Part shown: piece after piece, positions 39,064-52,446 of the stretch
Position numbering within the stretch: the first letter of the stretch is position 1
How the letters are laid out: each line of letters begins with the position of its first letter
Assembly: GCF_963921235.1 (NCBI RefSeq)
Contig: NC_086107.1
Location: 95,854,001-95,918,000, forward strand
From: Mobula hypostoma
Lineage: Eukaryota
Length of the DNA: 64,000 nucleotides
Direction: 5' to 3'
Made by a program: the position numbers and the translations under genes
Notes under the pieces: generated by a model
Told to the model about the DNA's origin: nothing
Databases searched by the model: none
Seen by the model: the letters and a program-made list of their open reading frames with translations, nothing else

Positions 39064-39227
39064 GGATCTACATCTTGGATCGCCGCTTTAAGAGTCCGGA
39101 GGAGTGCTGCAATCAGCTCACCTCGTTTTTGTACAGCTTCTGTCAACAGTCCCGACGCCAGAGAATCATCCAGCGAAATCGAACTGAGCGCCTCTCTGAT
39201 CTGCTGGATTGGAACTACCTTGGCCGG
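39064..39227 (+). CDS. GYS1: Glycogen synthase exon (human exon 14 equivalent), regulatory arginine helix
   Basis: ctctcccAG / GTaaga; 164 nt; [55 protein letters not shown]. Confidence 0.98.
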
Positions 39228-41499
39228 GTAAGAAGAGCTTTGAAGAGAACCGTGTAGAAGTACACAGGGAGAGTTTCCCCACAGTCATCTCACCAGTGAC
39301 AATGGGAAGCTGCTTATCTTCACAAGATTCGACATAAGGCTAAGTCAGGAATTAGTTACAAAGCCAGTCAGCTGATGCCCATTTCCCTCTGCAGTTTCTT
39401 GAGTCCTTCAAGTATCAATGTTTACAACTGGAGAAGCCTGACTAGCCCCTTTTGTAATGGGTAACAATGAGATGTGGGTCCAATGTGGGTTCATGCTCAG
39501 TCCCATCAATGGGATCTGCAGGAAGTGCTGCAGAGACCTGATAGATGGTGGACTGGTTCGTGAGAGCTGTCACCTTTTAGTTAAGAAGATTGAGCTGCAT
39601 CAGGATCTGACCTCCATGGGAGAATGGATCCATATTGAGAAGATTACTTTTCATATGCTTTCTGCCGATGGCCAAGGAAGGGGACCACTGTATTAGGATA
39701 GGTAGATACTTTATTGATCCCAAAGGAAATTGCAGTGTCACAGCAGTGTTACAAGTGTACAGATATACACATATTAGAGGAGAAGTAAGAAAAAATTTAA
39801 AAATGTTACCTCTAACAGGAGGGGGTCATCACTTCCCTGGCTATAGGGTGACTCATTATAGAGTTTAATGGACAAGGGTAATAATGACCTCATATATCCT
39901 GTCTTGTAGGTCTTCAGCATCAGTGGTAACAGGGAGCTGTGCAGGCTTACTCTTCCCAAAGTCCATCACCATCTCCTTTGTCTTACTGATGCTGAGCTGC
40001 AGATGATTCAGCTTGCACCATTTGACAAAGGAGTAAAGGAGAAGGGACAAGACCTTGGTATATTGTTGTATGGATCTATGAAGGTTTATGAATTTGTGGG
40101 ACATGGAGACTGGTTCAGAAGGAGAGGAATGGAAACGGTTCCATTGACGAGAGCCAAGGATCTCTGTGACTTTTGCAGCAGCTTTTTCAATGCTCTGAGT
40201 AACACCCTCCCAGATATCTGCTGTCCCTGCACCCTGTTATTTCTCTGAGTAACACTCAAAGGTAGGGTTTCAAAGGTACAATTTAATGTCAGAGAAATGT
40301 ATACAACATACATCCTGAAATGCTTTTTCTTCACGACCATCTACAAAAACAGAGGAGTACCCCAAAGAATGAATGACAGTCAAATGTTAGAACCCCAAAG
40401 TCCCCCCCCAGCTCCCCCCTCCCGCTGTAAGCAGCAGCAAGCAACAATCACCCCTCCCTCCACCAGCAAAAAAAAGCATTGGCACCCGCCACCAAGCACT
40501 CAAGCGTGAGCAAAGCAACGGTAAAAACACAGACTTGCAGTTACCCCAAAGACTACATTGTTTGCCCAGCATTCGACATACCACAGGTTCTCTGTCTCCC
40601 TAGTAAGGGAGAAAGAGCTGTCTCCGTTTTCCCAGCGAGCAGGGAGACATAACAAACAACTCACTGGTTTACGATGTTAAAAGTCCCCCATGTCACTTTT
40701 CTCGAGCTCTGTGCCCAAAAATCTGGGCACACAACAGCAGATATTCCGACTCCCCCGACGACACACGGGTCTCCTGTCGTGACACCGACCCTCGATCCGC
40801 CATTCTCCAGAGCCCTGAGATCCTAGGCTTCCAAATCCGAGCTGGACTTTTAGGCCAAGCCCTTGACGTGCTGAACAACAACGGCTGGTTATGAAACCCC
40901 AAGAACAGGTCCCATTCCCGCAAAGAACCATAGATATCTCCCAGATATCTGCTGTCCCTGCACCCTGTTATTGTCCCACTAATTGTCAGTTCTCCATCCC
41001 ATTCTGCCATGCATCACCTCTGATTCACCTGAAGTCTGTATGTGTTGTTTACACTGTTAGTTATATTTCCAAAGTTTTGGCTTCTAAAATTGCCTCTGAA
41101 GATTCACCTGATGTCACCCCTACCCCTGGTGGAGGAAAGTGACCCTGTGAACAGAGCAACCAGCTTCAGAAACAAACTGTCCTTCACCAGCATCTTTGGG
41201 TAACTCAAGAGTAGAATCCCAAATGGACTGAGTCAGACATTTATAGTGGATAGAACAGGTCCTTCGACCCACCATGTCAGCGCTGACCTACAAGTACCTT
41301 TCTGTTTTAATCCCACTTACCAGTGCTTGGTCTGTAGCTTAATATCCCTTGGTGAATCAGAGCTTTCTAGATGGAGTATGTACGTATCTGCCTCCACCAC
41401 CTTCTCAGGCCATGGATTCCAGGTTGTAAAATGAGTAAAGAAAAATCTTCCTCGGTCCACTCTTAAAACCTTTCACCTTCAACCCATGACCTCTGGGCT

Positions 41500-42130
41500 T
41501 GAGCACCCCTGCCACGAGGAGAAATTTCCTTGCACCTCCGATTCATCTGCCAAAAGCGGAATTTCCCAGTGGCCAACCATATTGATTTTTATCCTCCTCC
41601 CTGTTCTGACATGTTGGTCCATGGCCATCTTCTGCCATGATGAGCCCCCTCTCAGGGTGGTGAACACACTATATTCTGTCTAGGTAGCCTCCAACCTGAT
41701 GGGCTGAACATCAATTTCTCCTTCTGGTAATTTTTTTCTCTTCCCCTCCCCCTTCCCTCTTCTATTCCCCAATCTGGCCTCTTGCCTGATCTCCTTACCT
41801 GCCTATCACCTGCCCCTGGTACCCTGCCTTCTCTCCTTTCTCCTATGTTCCATTCTCCTCTCCTATCAGATTCCTTCCTCTCCAGCCCTTTATCTTCCCT
41901 CCCTCCCCACCACACACACAACTGGCTTCACCCATCACCTTCTGGCTATCTTCCCCACACCTTTTTATTCTGTTGTCTTTCCCCTTTCTTTCCAGTCTTG
42001 ATGAAGGATCTCGACCTGGAACATCAACTGTTTATTCATTTTCATAGATGCTGCCTGAGCTGCTGAGTTCCTCCAGCATTTTGTCTGCGTTACTCTAGAT
42101 TTCCAGCATCTGCAGAACCTCCCATGTTTA
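41500..42130 (+). mobile_element. Decayed Penelope-like 3' end with pLTR
   Basis: Homologous to 53930-54480 (GGTAGCCTCCAACCTGATGG); degenerate hammerhead TTGATGAAGGATCTCGACCTGGAACATC. Confidence 0.75.
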
Positions 42131-42774
42131 CAGTCTACCATATTTATGCCCCGCTATCAGGTGCCCCTTTCACTTCAGGGAAAAAAAATCCAGTCTGTCC
42201 TCAAAACTGAGCTGCTTGATCCCAGGCAGCATCCCGGTAAATCTCCTCAGCACCCACTCCAGTACAATCACATAATGCAGTGATCAGAATCGTGCACAAT
42301 ACTCAGATTCAGATGTGTACATCACATGTACAGTAAAAAGGATCATTTGCATTACAAGCCAACACACCCAAGGATCCCACAATACTTGGCAGAACAAAAC
42401 AGAACAAGAAAAAACAAAACAAAACACAACAAACAACTAAACAACAAAAGCAAAACAGGCCCATTTCCTCCCTCCTACCCACATACATGGACAATATTCC
42501 AACTCTAGTTCTCCAGGCTGAGGAGTTTCCGGCTCGAACTCTGGGCTCACTGTCTGACCTGCCCTTGTGCCTCCTGCTTGCACAAACATCCACTCCCAGG
42601 ACCCAACGACCTGGGACTACCTGACATTCACGGACGTCCGCGTTCATGTCACCGGCCTTCAAAGGCAGAGCTGAGGCCTGGACTCCAAATGTCCTTCGTC
42701 ACCTGTCCATGGCGCTGGACTTCAGCCGCAGCATGGAGACCTAACCTCCACAATCCTAACCCTAAACCTGAACC

Positions 42775-43565
42775 CAGCCTCGAACTTCCCCCACATCCCT
42801 GTCCCTGAATCCTAACCCGACCTCTAACTTCCCCACATCCCTGTCCCTAAACCTGAACCTGACCTCTAACTTCCCCACATCCCTGTCCCTAAACCTGAAC
42901 CTGACCTCTAACTTCCCCCACATCCCTGTCCCTAAATCCTAACCAGACCTCTAACTTCCCCCACGTCCCTGTCTCTAAATCCTAACCAGACCTCTAACTT
43001 CCCCCACATCCCTGTCCCTAAATTCTAACCCGACCTCTAACTTCCCCCACATCCCTGTCCCTAAACCTGAACCCGACCTCTAACTTCCCCCACATCCCTG
43101 TCCCTAAATCCTAACCAGACCTCTAACTTCCCCCACATCCCTGTCCCTAAACCTGAACCCGACCTCTAACTCCCCCACATCCCTGTCCCTAAATCCTAAC
43201 CCGACCTCTAACTTCCCCCACATCCCTGTCCCTAAACCTGAACCCGACCTCTAACTCCCCCACATCCCTGTCCCTAAATCCTAACCCGACCTCTAACTTC
43301 CCCCACATCCCTGTCCCTAAATCCTCACCCGACCTCTAACTTCCCCCACATCCCTGTCCCTAAATCCTAACCCGACCTCTAACTTCCCCCACATCCCTGT
43401 CCCTAAATCCTCACCCGACCTCTAACTCCCCCACATCCCTGTCCCTAAATCCTAACCAGACCTCTAACTCCCCCCACATCCCTGTTCCTAAATCCAAACC
43501 TGACCTCTAACTTCCCTCACATCCCTGTCCCTAAATCCTAACCCGACCTCTAACTCCCCTCTCTG
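42775..43565. repeat. ~43-bp minisatellite, about 18 copies
   Basis: Unit CTTCCCCCACATCCCTGTCCCTAAATCCTAACCCGACCTCTAA with variants. Confidence 0.95.
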
Positions 43566-43777
43566 TTCCTAAAACCATCCCTACGGACTTACAAAGCTAC
43601 TGCGTCTGTGCCACGAGCTCAATGGAGTCCAAGTGTGGTTTAACCAATGTTTTATGAAGACTTCTCTCTCATACTCTATGCAAGCTTCACTGCCCTTGCT
43701 GGGATCTCTGGACTTGTACACCAACAACCTGCTGTTCCTCAGTCCTCACTAGAAACCTTCCATTCATGATATATAAA

Positions 43778-46700
43778 AACATAGAAACATAGAAAATAGG
43801 TGCAGGAGTAGACCATTCGGCCCTTCGAGCCTGCACCGCCATTCAGTACGATCATGGCTGATCATCCAACTCAGAACCCTGTAGCTGCCTTCTCACCATA
43901 CCCCCTGATTCCTTTAGCCACAAGGGCCATATCTAACTCCCTCTTAAATATAGCCACTGAACTGGCCTCAACTGTTTCCTGTGGCAGAGAATTCCACAGA
44001 TTCACCACTCTCAGTGTGAAGAAGTTTTTCCTAATCTCGGTCCTAAAAGGCTTCCCCTTTATCCTCAAACTGTGACCCCTCGTTCTAGACTTCCCCAACA
44101 TCGGGAACAATCTTCCTGCATCTAGCCTGTCCAATCCCTTTAGCATTTTATACGTTTCAATCAGATCCCTGCTCAATCTTCTAAATTCCAGAGAGTACAA
44201 GCCTAGTCGATCCAGTTTTTCATCATATGAGAGTCCTGCCATCCCAGGAATCAATCTGGTGAACCTTCTTTGTACTCCCTCTATGGCAAGAATGTCTTTC
44301 CTCAGATTAGGGGACCAAAATTGCACACAATACTCCAGATGTGGTCTCACCAAGGCCTTGTACAACTGCAGTAGTACCTCCCTGCTCCTGTCCTCGAATC
44401 CTCTTGCTATGAATGCCAGCATACCATTTGCCTTTTTCACCGCCCGCTGTACCTGCATACCCACTTTCAATGACTGGTGTACAATGACACCCAGGTCTCA
44501 TTGCACCTCCTCTTTTCCTAATCGGCCACCATTCAGATAATAATCTGTTTTCCTGTTCTTGCCACCAAAGTGGATAACCTCACATTTATCCACATCAAAT
44601 TGCATCTGCCATGAATTTGCCCACTCACCTAACCTATCCAAGTCACCCTGCATCCTCCTCACAGCTAACACTGCCGCCCAGCTTTGTGTCATCCACAAAC
44701 TTGGAGATGCTGCATTTAATTCCCTCGTCTAAGTCATTAATATATATTGTGAACAACTGGGGTCCCAGCACTGAGCCTTGAGGTACCCCACTAGTTACTG
44801 CCTGCCATTCTGAAAAGGTCCCATTTATTCCCACTCTTTGCTTCTTGTCTGCCAACCAATTCTCTATCCACATCAACACCATACCCCCAATACCGTGTGC
44901 TTTAAGTTTGCACACTAATCTCCTGTGTAGGACCTTGTCAAAAGCCTTTTAAAAATCCAAATATACCACATCCACTGGTTCTCTCCTATCCACTCTACTA
45001 GTTACATCCTCAAAAAATTCTTTGAGATTCGTCAGACATGATTTTCCTTTCACAAATCCATGCTGACTTTGTCCGATGATTTCACCGCTTTCCAAATGTG
45101 CTGTTATCACATCTTTGATAACTGACTCTAGCATTTTCCCCACCACCGATGTCAGGCTAACCGGTGTATAATTCCCCGGTTTCTCTCTCCCTCCTTTTTC
45201 AAAAAGCGGGGTTACATTACCCACCCTCCAATCCTCAGGAACTAATCCAGAATCTAAAGAGTTTTGAAAAATTATCACTAATGCATCCACTATTTCTTGG
45301 GCCACTTCCTTAAGCATTCTGGGATGCAGACCATCTGGCCCTGGGGATTTATCTGCCTTTAATCCCTTCAATTTACCTAACACCACTTCCCTACTAACAT
45401 GTATTTCCCTCAGTTCCTCCATCTCACTAGACCCTCGATCCCCTACTATTTCCGGAAGATTATTTATGTCCTCCTTAGTGAAGACAGAACCAAAGTAGTT
45501 ATTCAAATGGTCTGCCATGTCCTTGTTCCCCATAATCAATTCACCTGTTTCTGACTGTAAGGGACCTACATTTGTTGTAACCAATCTTTTTCTTTTCACA
45601 TATCTATAAAAGCTTTTACAGTCAGTTTTTATGTTCCCTGCCAGCTTTCTCTCATAATCTTTTTTCCCTTTCCTAATTAAACCCTTTGTCCTCCTCTGCT
45701 GGACTCTGAATTTCTCCCAGTCCTCAGGTGTGCTGCTTTTTCTGGTTAATTTGTATATTTCTTCTTTGGAATTGATACTATCCCTCATTTCCCTCCTCAG
45801 CCATGGGTGCACGACCTTCCCTGGTTTATTCTTTTGCCAGACTGGGATGAACAATCGTTGTAGTTCATCCATGCGATCTTTAAATGCTTGCCATTGCATA
45901 TCCACCATCAACCCTTTAAGTATCATTTGCCAGTCTATCTTAGCTAATTCACGTCTCATACCTTCAAAGTTACCCTTCTTTAAGTTCAGAACCTTTGTTA
46001 CTGAATTAACTATGTCACTCTCCATCTTAATGAAGAATTCCACCATATTATGGTCACTCTCACCCAGGGGGCCTCACACGACAAGATTGCTAACTAACCC
46101 TTCCTCATTGCTCAAAACCCAGTCTAGAATAGCCTGCTCTCTAGCTGGTTCCTCAACATGTTGGTTCAGAAAACCATCTCGCATACATTCCAAGAAATCC
46201 TCTTCCTCAGCACCCTTACCAATTTGGTTCACCCAATCTATATGTAGATTGAAGTCACCCATTATAATTGCTGTTCCTTTACTGCACACATTTCTAATTT
46301 CCTGTTTAATGCCATCCCCAACCTCGCCACTACTGTTAGGTGGCCTGTACACAACTCCCACCAGCGTTTTCTGCCCCTTAGTGTTATGCAGCTCTACCCA
46401 TATCGATTCCACATCTTCCCGGCTAATGTCCTTCCTTTCTATTGCGTTAATCTCCTCTTTAACCAGCAACGCCACCCCACCCCACCTCCTTTTCTTTCAT
46501 GTCTATCCCTCCTGAATATTGAATATCCCTGAATGTTGAGTTCCCATCCTTGGTCACCCTGGAGCCATGTCTCCATGATCCCAACTATATCATATTCATT
46601 AATAACTATCTGCACATTCAATTCATCCACCTTGTTATGAATGCTCCTTGCATTGACACACAAAGCCTTCAGGCTTGCTTTTACTGGCCCTTATACAATT
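43778..46700 (-). mobile_element. CR1 LINE, almost complete ORF2 (APE plus RT) with a few disruptions
   Basis: [59 protein letters not shown] tandem tail. Confidence 0.94.
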
Positions 46701-47538
46701 ATGTTGAAAAGTGGCCCTTTTTGATTTTTGCCCTGCCCTACCTTATCTGACCCTGCCAAAATTATCATCTTACACCTGTCAGGGACAATTCCTTCTGCCA
46801 TTGTTCTGTCCAATTTACCAGCTGATCTACATCATTCTATAACCTGATATTTCCCTCACTATCAACAACAAAACTAATCATCCACAAACTTATTAATCAT
46901 AGCACCTCAATTGACATCAAACTCATTAATATAAACAATGAAAATAGGGGATCCTATGAGCAGCAATCAGTTCTTGTGCAGAGTATTTGTGGCTCCTTCC
47001 ATGGTCAGATGGCTGAAGGGATTGGGAGCCCGAGGCTAGGGCCAGCGGTAAGCTATAAGAGAACTCTCGGAGGTAGCCGAGCGAAGCAGCCGCTGGTTAT
47101 GGATGAAGAGGAGTGACGGCCACTGGGCCCTAAAATGACCCATGGGTGGCCAGATGTGAAGGGGGTGTGCATCTGGAATGCCGGCTTGCACAGTTGAGCC
47201 CTCTGGAGATGTAGTGGACTTAAAATGGCAGAGTAGACTCGATGGGCCGAATGGCCGACTTCTGCTCCTTTGTCTTATGGTCTTGTCTTCTGGTCTTAAA
47301 CCAATGAAGCATCTAAGAAAGGGAGTGCCCACCTGATGACCCCTGGGAAGCATCTGCCACCCACCAAGCCCCACCTCAAGATCTCTATGCTATGACCCGA
47401 GTTAGGATCTGCTTATCAAAGGGATTGAAACATCTAGTCCTATGAACTCGAACTGCTTAAACACTTACACCACCATCCTATCTCCTATACTGAACCAGTT
47501 TTGAGGTATTGGATCCCATGAGCTCTAACCTTTCAGAC

Positions 47539-47608
47539 CAGGGGTTCCCAACGGTCCCCTCGGTTAATGGTAGGGGTTCATGGCATGAAAAAGGGTTGGG
47601 AACCCCTG
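47539..47608. mobile_element. 70-bp hAT/Charlie-type MITE
   Basis: TIR CAGGGGTTCCCAAC / GTTGGGAACCCCTG; 8-bp TSD TTTCAGAC / TTTTAGAC. Confidence 0.85.
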
Positions 47609-47940
47609 TTTTAGACTAATCATCATGTGGGACCTTGTCAAAGGCTTCAGTGATGTCTGTAACACACATCAACCGCATTACTTTCGTCAATACATTTAGC
47701 TACCTCATCAAAGGCAACTCAATTAAATTAGTCAGACAAGATCTACCACCAACAAATCGTTGCTAATTATTGGTATCAATTGTTGGTTTATTATTGTCAC
47801 ATACACCGAGATACAGTGAAAAACTTTGCTCTGTGGGACATTCCTAATTCATCATAACAGTGCACTGAGATAATACAAGGGAAAGCAATAACAGAATGCA
47901 GAATAAAGTGTTACAAGAGAGAAAGTGTAGTGCAGGCAAC

Positions 47941-48172
47941 TGTGGTGAACCATGTATATAGGTTGTAAGTGGGTTACCTGTCTGGACACGCCCCTCTGCT
48001 GACTGCTCCTGTGGCTCCCCCCACAGACCCCTGAATAAAGGCAATTGTGTCACTGCTGCTCCCACAGTCCAGGACAGACATACAGCATGGACGGGGATCC
48101 ATTTTACTGTTAATAAAAGCCTTTCAGTAGTTACTCTACTTCCAGTCTTTTGGAGTAATTGATAGTGCATCA
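47941..48172 (+). mobile_element. Short solo LTR
   Basis: TG...CA termini, internal AATAAA, flanks GCAAC / GCAAG. Confidence 0.6.
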
Positions 48173-48204
48173 GCAAGAATAAGGTGTAAGGTCGTGATGG
48201 GGCA

Positions 48205-49400
48205 GATCATCAGAATCAGGTTTAATATCACTGGCATATATGATGATACTTGTTGTCTTTGTGGCAGCAGTGCAATGCAGTATGTAATAATAGAGGGGAA
48301 AGAAGTGAATTACAGTAAGTATATACCTCCTTTCTGATGGTAGCAATGAGAATAGGGCATGTCCTGGGTGATGGGAGACCTGAATGATGGAGGCGCCTGA
48401 ATGAGAATATGTCCTGAATACCCTACAGAGGCTAGCACCCATGATGGAGCTAGGTTCACAATGCTCTGCAGCTTATTTCAACCTGTGCAGCAGACCCACA
48501 ACAACACCCCCCATACCAGATGCAGCCAATTAGAATGCTCTCCATAGTGCTTCTGTGGAAAGCTGTGGGTGTCTTTAGTGACATACCAAATCTCCTCAAA
48601 CTAAAGTGTCTAATACCAGAGGGCATGCATTGAAGGTGTGAGGGAGTAGGTTCAAGGGGGATGTGAGGGGTGAGTTTTTTACTCAGAGAGTGGTGGATGC
48701 CTGGAATGGTGATAGAGGCAAATACATTAGAGGCTTTTAAGAGATGTTTGGATAGGCGCATAGATGTAAGGAAGATGGAAGGACATGGTGTAGGTAAGAG
48801 GGATTAGTGTTTGGTTGTTTTTGATTTGCTTTTTAGCTGGTTCAGTACAACATTGTGGGCCGAATGGCCTGTTCCTGTGCAGTACTGTTCTATGTTCCTA
48901 ATGAAATATAGCTGCTGTTGTGCCTTCTTTGTAGCTGCATCAATATGTTGGGCCCAGGATAGATCCTCAGAGATATTGATACCCAGGAACTTGAAATTGC
49001 TCACTCTCTCTACTTCTGATCCCTTGATGGGGATTGGTTCGTGTTCCCTCATCTTACCCTTTCTGAAGTCCACAATCAGTTCTTTGGTCTTACTGACAGT
49101 GAGTGCAAAGTTATTGCTGACACACCACTCAATGAGCTGATGTATCTCGCACCTGTATGCCCTCTTGTCACCACCTGAAATTCTGCCAACAATAGTTGTG
49201 TCCTCAGCAAATTTATAGATGGCATTTGAGCTTTGCCTAGCCACATGGTCATGGATGTAGAGAAAGTCGAACAGTGGGCTAAGCATACATCCATGTGGTT
49301 TACCAGTGTTGATTATCAGCGAGGTGGACATGTTATTTCCAATCCGCACAGACTTTGGTCTTCCAGTTAGGAATTGAGGATTCAGTTGAAGAGGAAGGTC
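48205..49400 (-). mobile_element. Rex1/Babar-like LINE with a CR1 3' fragment (+, ~48605-48895) inserted
   Basis: GCMLSPL, KFAEDTTIVG, SKTKELIVDFRK and FKFLGINISEDL motifs. Confidence 0.8.
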
Positions 49401-49982
49401 GAGTGTTCGCATTATTGTACTAGTTGGCCATTCAGTAGTCATATAACGGTGGGACCGAGCTGTCCTTGAGCCTGGTGGTACATGCTGTTGGGCTTTTGTA
49501 TCCTCTGCGTTACAATACATGAAATGCTTCAGGATTGTATCTGTCAGTGATATTTCATCAACCCTCTTTGCCCTCATAATTTTTTCAAACTCCCTTGCAC
49601 TCTCTATCTTCTTGAAGGGCCTCTCCCTACTTTCAGTTCTCTGGACCTACAGTACCATATATTTCTGTATCAAATCCTCAAGATCCTTTAATCCAGAGTC
49701 CAGTCTGTAAACTTGCTGTTCTTACCCTTCAGTCTTGTGAGAACATGTTGGCCTACAGCTCTCACTACTTTACCTTTACAGGACTTTTGGAGGTAAATTT
49801 TCCAACAAGAAATCACTCCTGGTTTACAATGTCTGGATACCATCTCATGATTTTGAAATTGAGCTTTGCTCAGTTCAGACAGTTAGTTTTTGGACTATTC
49901 CCGTCCCCTTTCATAATCATTTTGAAACTTACTGATTTAAGGTTTGTAGAGAGGAGTGACAGGGTGGAGGTACTTATCTACT

Positions 49983-50320
49983 AGAGGAGATGTAAGGTGC
50001 TCCTTCCCTCCGCTAGTCCACCGGTCACCCTTGGGCAAGGTGTAGCACCTGCTTAGCCCCCCTGATCAGGGTCACGTGAAGCCATGAGAGCAGGTGGTGG
50101 ATGGTCATATGAGCAGCTGGTGCACATCACAAGTCCTGGTTATGTGACCATTGACACCAGGCAGGCCATCTCTGAAGAGTATTGATAATGGTTGGGGTCA
50201 TCTGTCTTGTAAAGACACTGCCCAGAAGGTGTCCACTACCTTAGTAGAAAATTTGCCAAGAGCAATCATGGTCAAAGACCAGTCACCTCCGTCTTACAAC
50301 ACAGCACATGATGATGATGT
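49983..50320 (+). mobile_element. Non-autonomous RTE-like retroposon
   Basis: Non-coding block ending in (GAT)n, splitting older repeat sequence. Confidence 0.45.
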
Positions 50321-50515
50321 GAGGAGTGTGTCAAAAGGGAAGAATGGTATGAATGCTTAGAATGAGGAGTGAATAGAGTGGGGGAGAGGGAAGGGTGATT
50401 GGGGGAGTGGGCAGACATGAATGGAAGGGGTGAAATGATGTGTGAATGGAAGGAGGAATGAGAGGGCTATTTTCCCCAATTCATTTAAACTGTGTATTTA
50501 CCCTTTTTCTTTCAG

Positions 50516-50596
50516 TATTACAATCATGCCAGGCTTCTGGCTCTTGCCAAAGCTTTCCCCAATGAATTCAGCCACAACGTGTTAGGAGTTTCAAGT
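50516..50596 (+). CDS. GYS1: Glycogen synthase exon (human exon 15 equivalent)
   Basis: ttctttcAG / GTaagt; 81 nt; YYNHARLLALAKAFPNEFSHNVLGVSS vs GYS1 YYMSARHMALSKAFPEHF. Confidence 0.93.
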
Positions 50597-51654
50597 GTAA
50601 GTAACAAAATAAATTAATAAAACTGCACTAGGAATCAAAGAGAAGCTTGAGGAGGAAAAAGTCTGCCCCTCTCCCAGACATTATCCACACTTACCATGTC
50701 AGTGGCCAGAGATGGTATCTTTCCAATAAACAATAAAACATTCATCTCCCACTGTCTTCCATCTGTAGTTATGTTGACCAGTTCCTGCCTTTCTTTCCCT
50801 ATCTTTCCATCTGGTCTCTCATCTCCCCTTCCCCAAATGTCACCCTTTCCCCCTCCCAATCACATCCCATCCTAAAACCCATGAATAGCATCTCCATTCA
50901 CAGACTCCTGTTCTCACGCCTTTCCCAACCCTCAAACCCTACATCTACTGTCCCCGAACTCTTTCACTTTCTATATCCCTTTTCCCTCTGTCCCTTTGCT
51001 GAATCCCGTTTGAGTTTGTTTTTCACACTTCCCAGTCCTTTCCCGTTGTCCCTAGTAACCGTTCTCCTACTCAACCCCCATCTTCCCAATCCCTACATCC
51101 CTACCTGCCAATCCCATTTCCTCTTCCCTTATTTACTGTGTTCCCCAATTTCCCTGAAGTCCAGTAGCTCTGATCTCCTCAATCCCAATTCCCCATTCCT
51201 AGCAACCTTCCTAAACTTGGGGCTAGAAGCAGAAAACTTCAGAGATAGATAAAGTAGGGATGCAGGAGCTTCAGTAGTTGGTAAAACGCTTCATACAAGT
51301 TCTGGTCATCGAGAGATGCTGAACATTCTGGAGGTGGAGGTGGGTGAGCTTTAAGTCATAGTTTGGAATAAAGATAAGCAACTGGTTAGGATTCTACAGA
51401 TGGAATTTCTGGCTGCCTGGCTCAACTACATGGAACATTAGAAACTTCATCTTCCAGGCAACACGTATTCAGGAAGTAGAGGGAGGCTGATGTGACCTAT
51501 AGATTATGTTAGTCCTGGAGAGATGAAATTGAGATATAGTTGAGTGATACAGCACAGAAACAGGCTCTTCAGCAACCCCCTCCCCCCACTCGCATACCCA
51601 TACCAACGATCAAGTACCTAACTAAATAAGTCCCATTTCCCAGCACTTGGACCA

Positions 51655-52446
51655 CACAGCGGTCAACAAGTTTTTTCAAAAGTGTTGCTTCCTCAGATTT
51701 CATTTTGTTTTTTGTAGACCACTTCGACTCAAATATAGTTTAAGGCTACATGTATTGCATAGGAATTTGGAGAAAAACTAATTTTTATTGAATATAATGT
51801 GATTAATTGCATAATGGTGCTGATGCTTTGCTCAGCTCAACTAAGCTAAAAATGTTCTGTTGATTATTTTCATTTGTACTCAGTATATGAAGCTTCTCAC
51901 TTAAATGTCCAACAATAATCAGCCAGCATTGATGGATTCCAGTTGCCCTGATACTGTTTCTCCACGACAACAATGTCCTGGTGAGACCTTTCACCATGCT
52001 CAGCACTGACAGTGCCAAGATTTGCAAGGTGGAAGTCTAAATGGGAATGAAGAAAATGAATCTTTAGTGACATGTACTTTATAGTTTTGTATCCTTGAAG
52101 CATGTTGTCAACCGGCTGAATGTAGCTTGGTGCTCTGTAGTTGCCAAGAAAAATCTCAGCAGCACCCTTCAATGCATTCCATACAATTTTCTCCAGTCCC
52201 TCTACAAGTTCTTGGAATTGCCTGTCATTGATGACCTGTTTGATTTGTGGACCAACAAAAATCCCTTCCTTAATTATGGCATCGGTTATTCTGACTTGGA
52301 TTATGAATTGAAATGACAAATATGGACAATTTCAAACTTCGGTGTGTGTGAGATAGGGAAATATTGTGGTGATCTTCACAATCAGCAGCCAAAAATCCAT
52401 AAGATCCATACAAAAGTATTCACGAACTGATCTTTATTGTCCAGTG
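51655..52446 (-). mobile_element. Internally deleted DNA transposon, Chapaev3 (CMC)-like
   Basis: IKEGIFVGPQIK...MSLKIHFLHSHLDF..NLG.VS.EHGER.HQDI...YQG.W...LADYCW; terminus TTGTCCAGTG followed by TAA. Confidence 0.6.

Noticed and set aside
42775..43565. CRISPR-like regular repeats
   Set aside because: Eukaryotic context, no unique spacers and no cas genes; it is a minisatellite.
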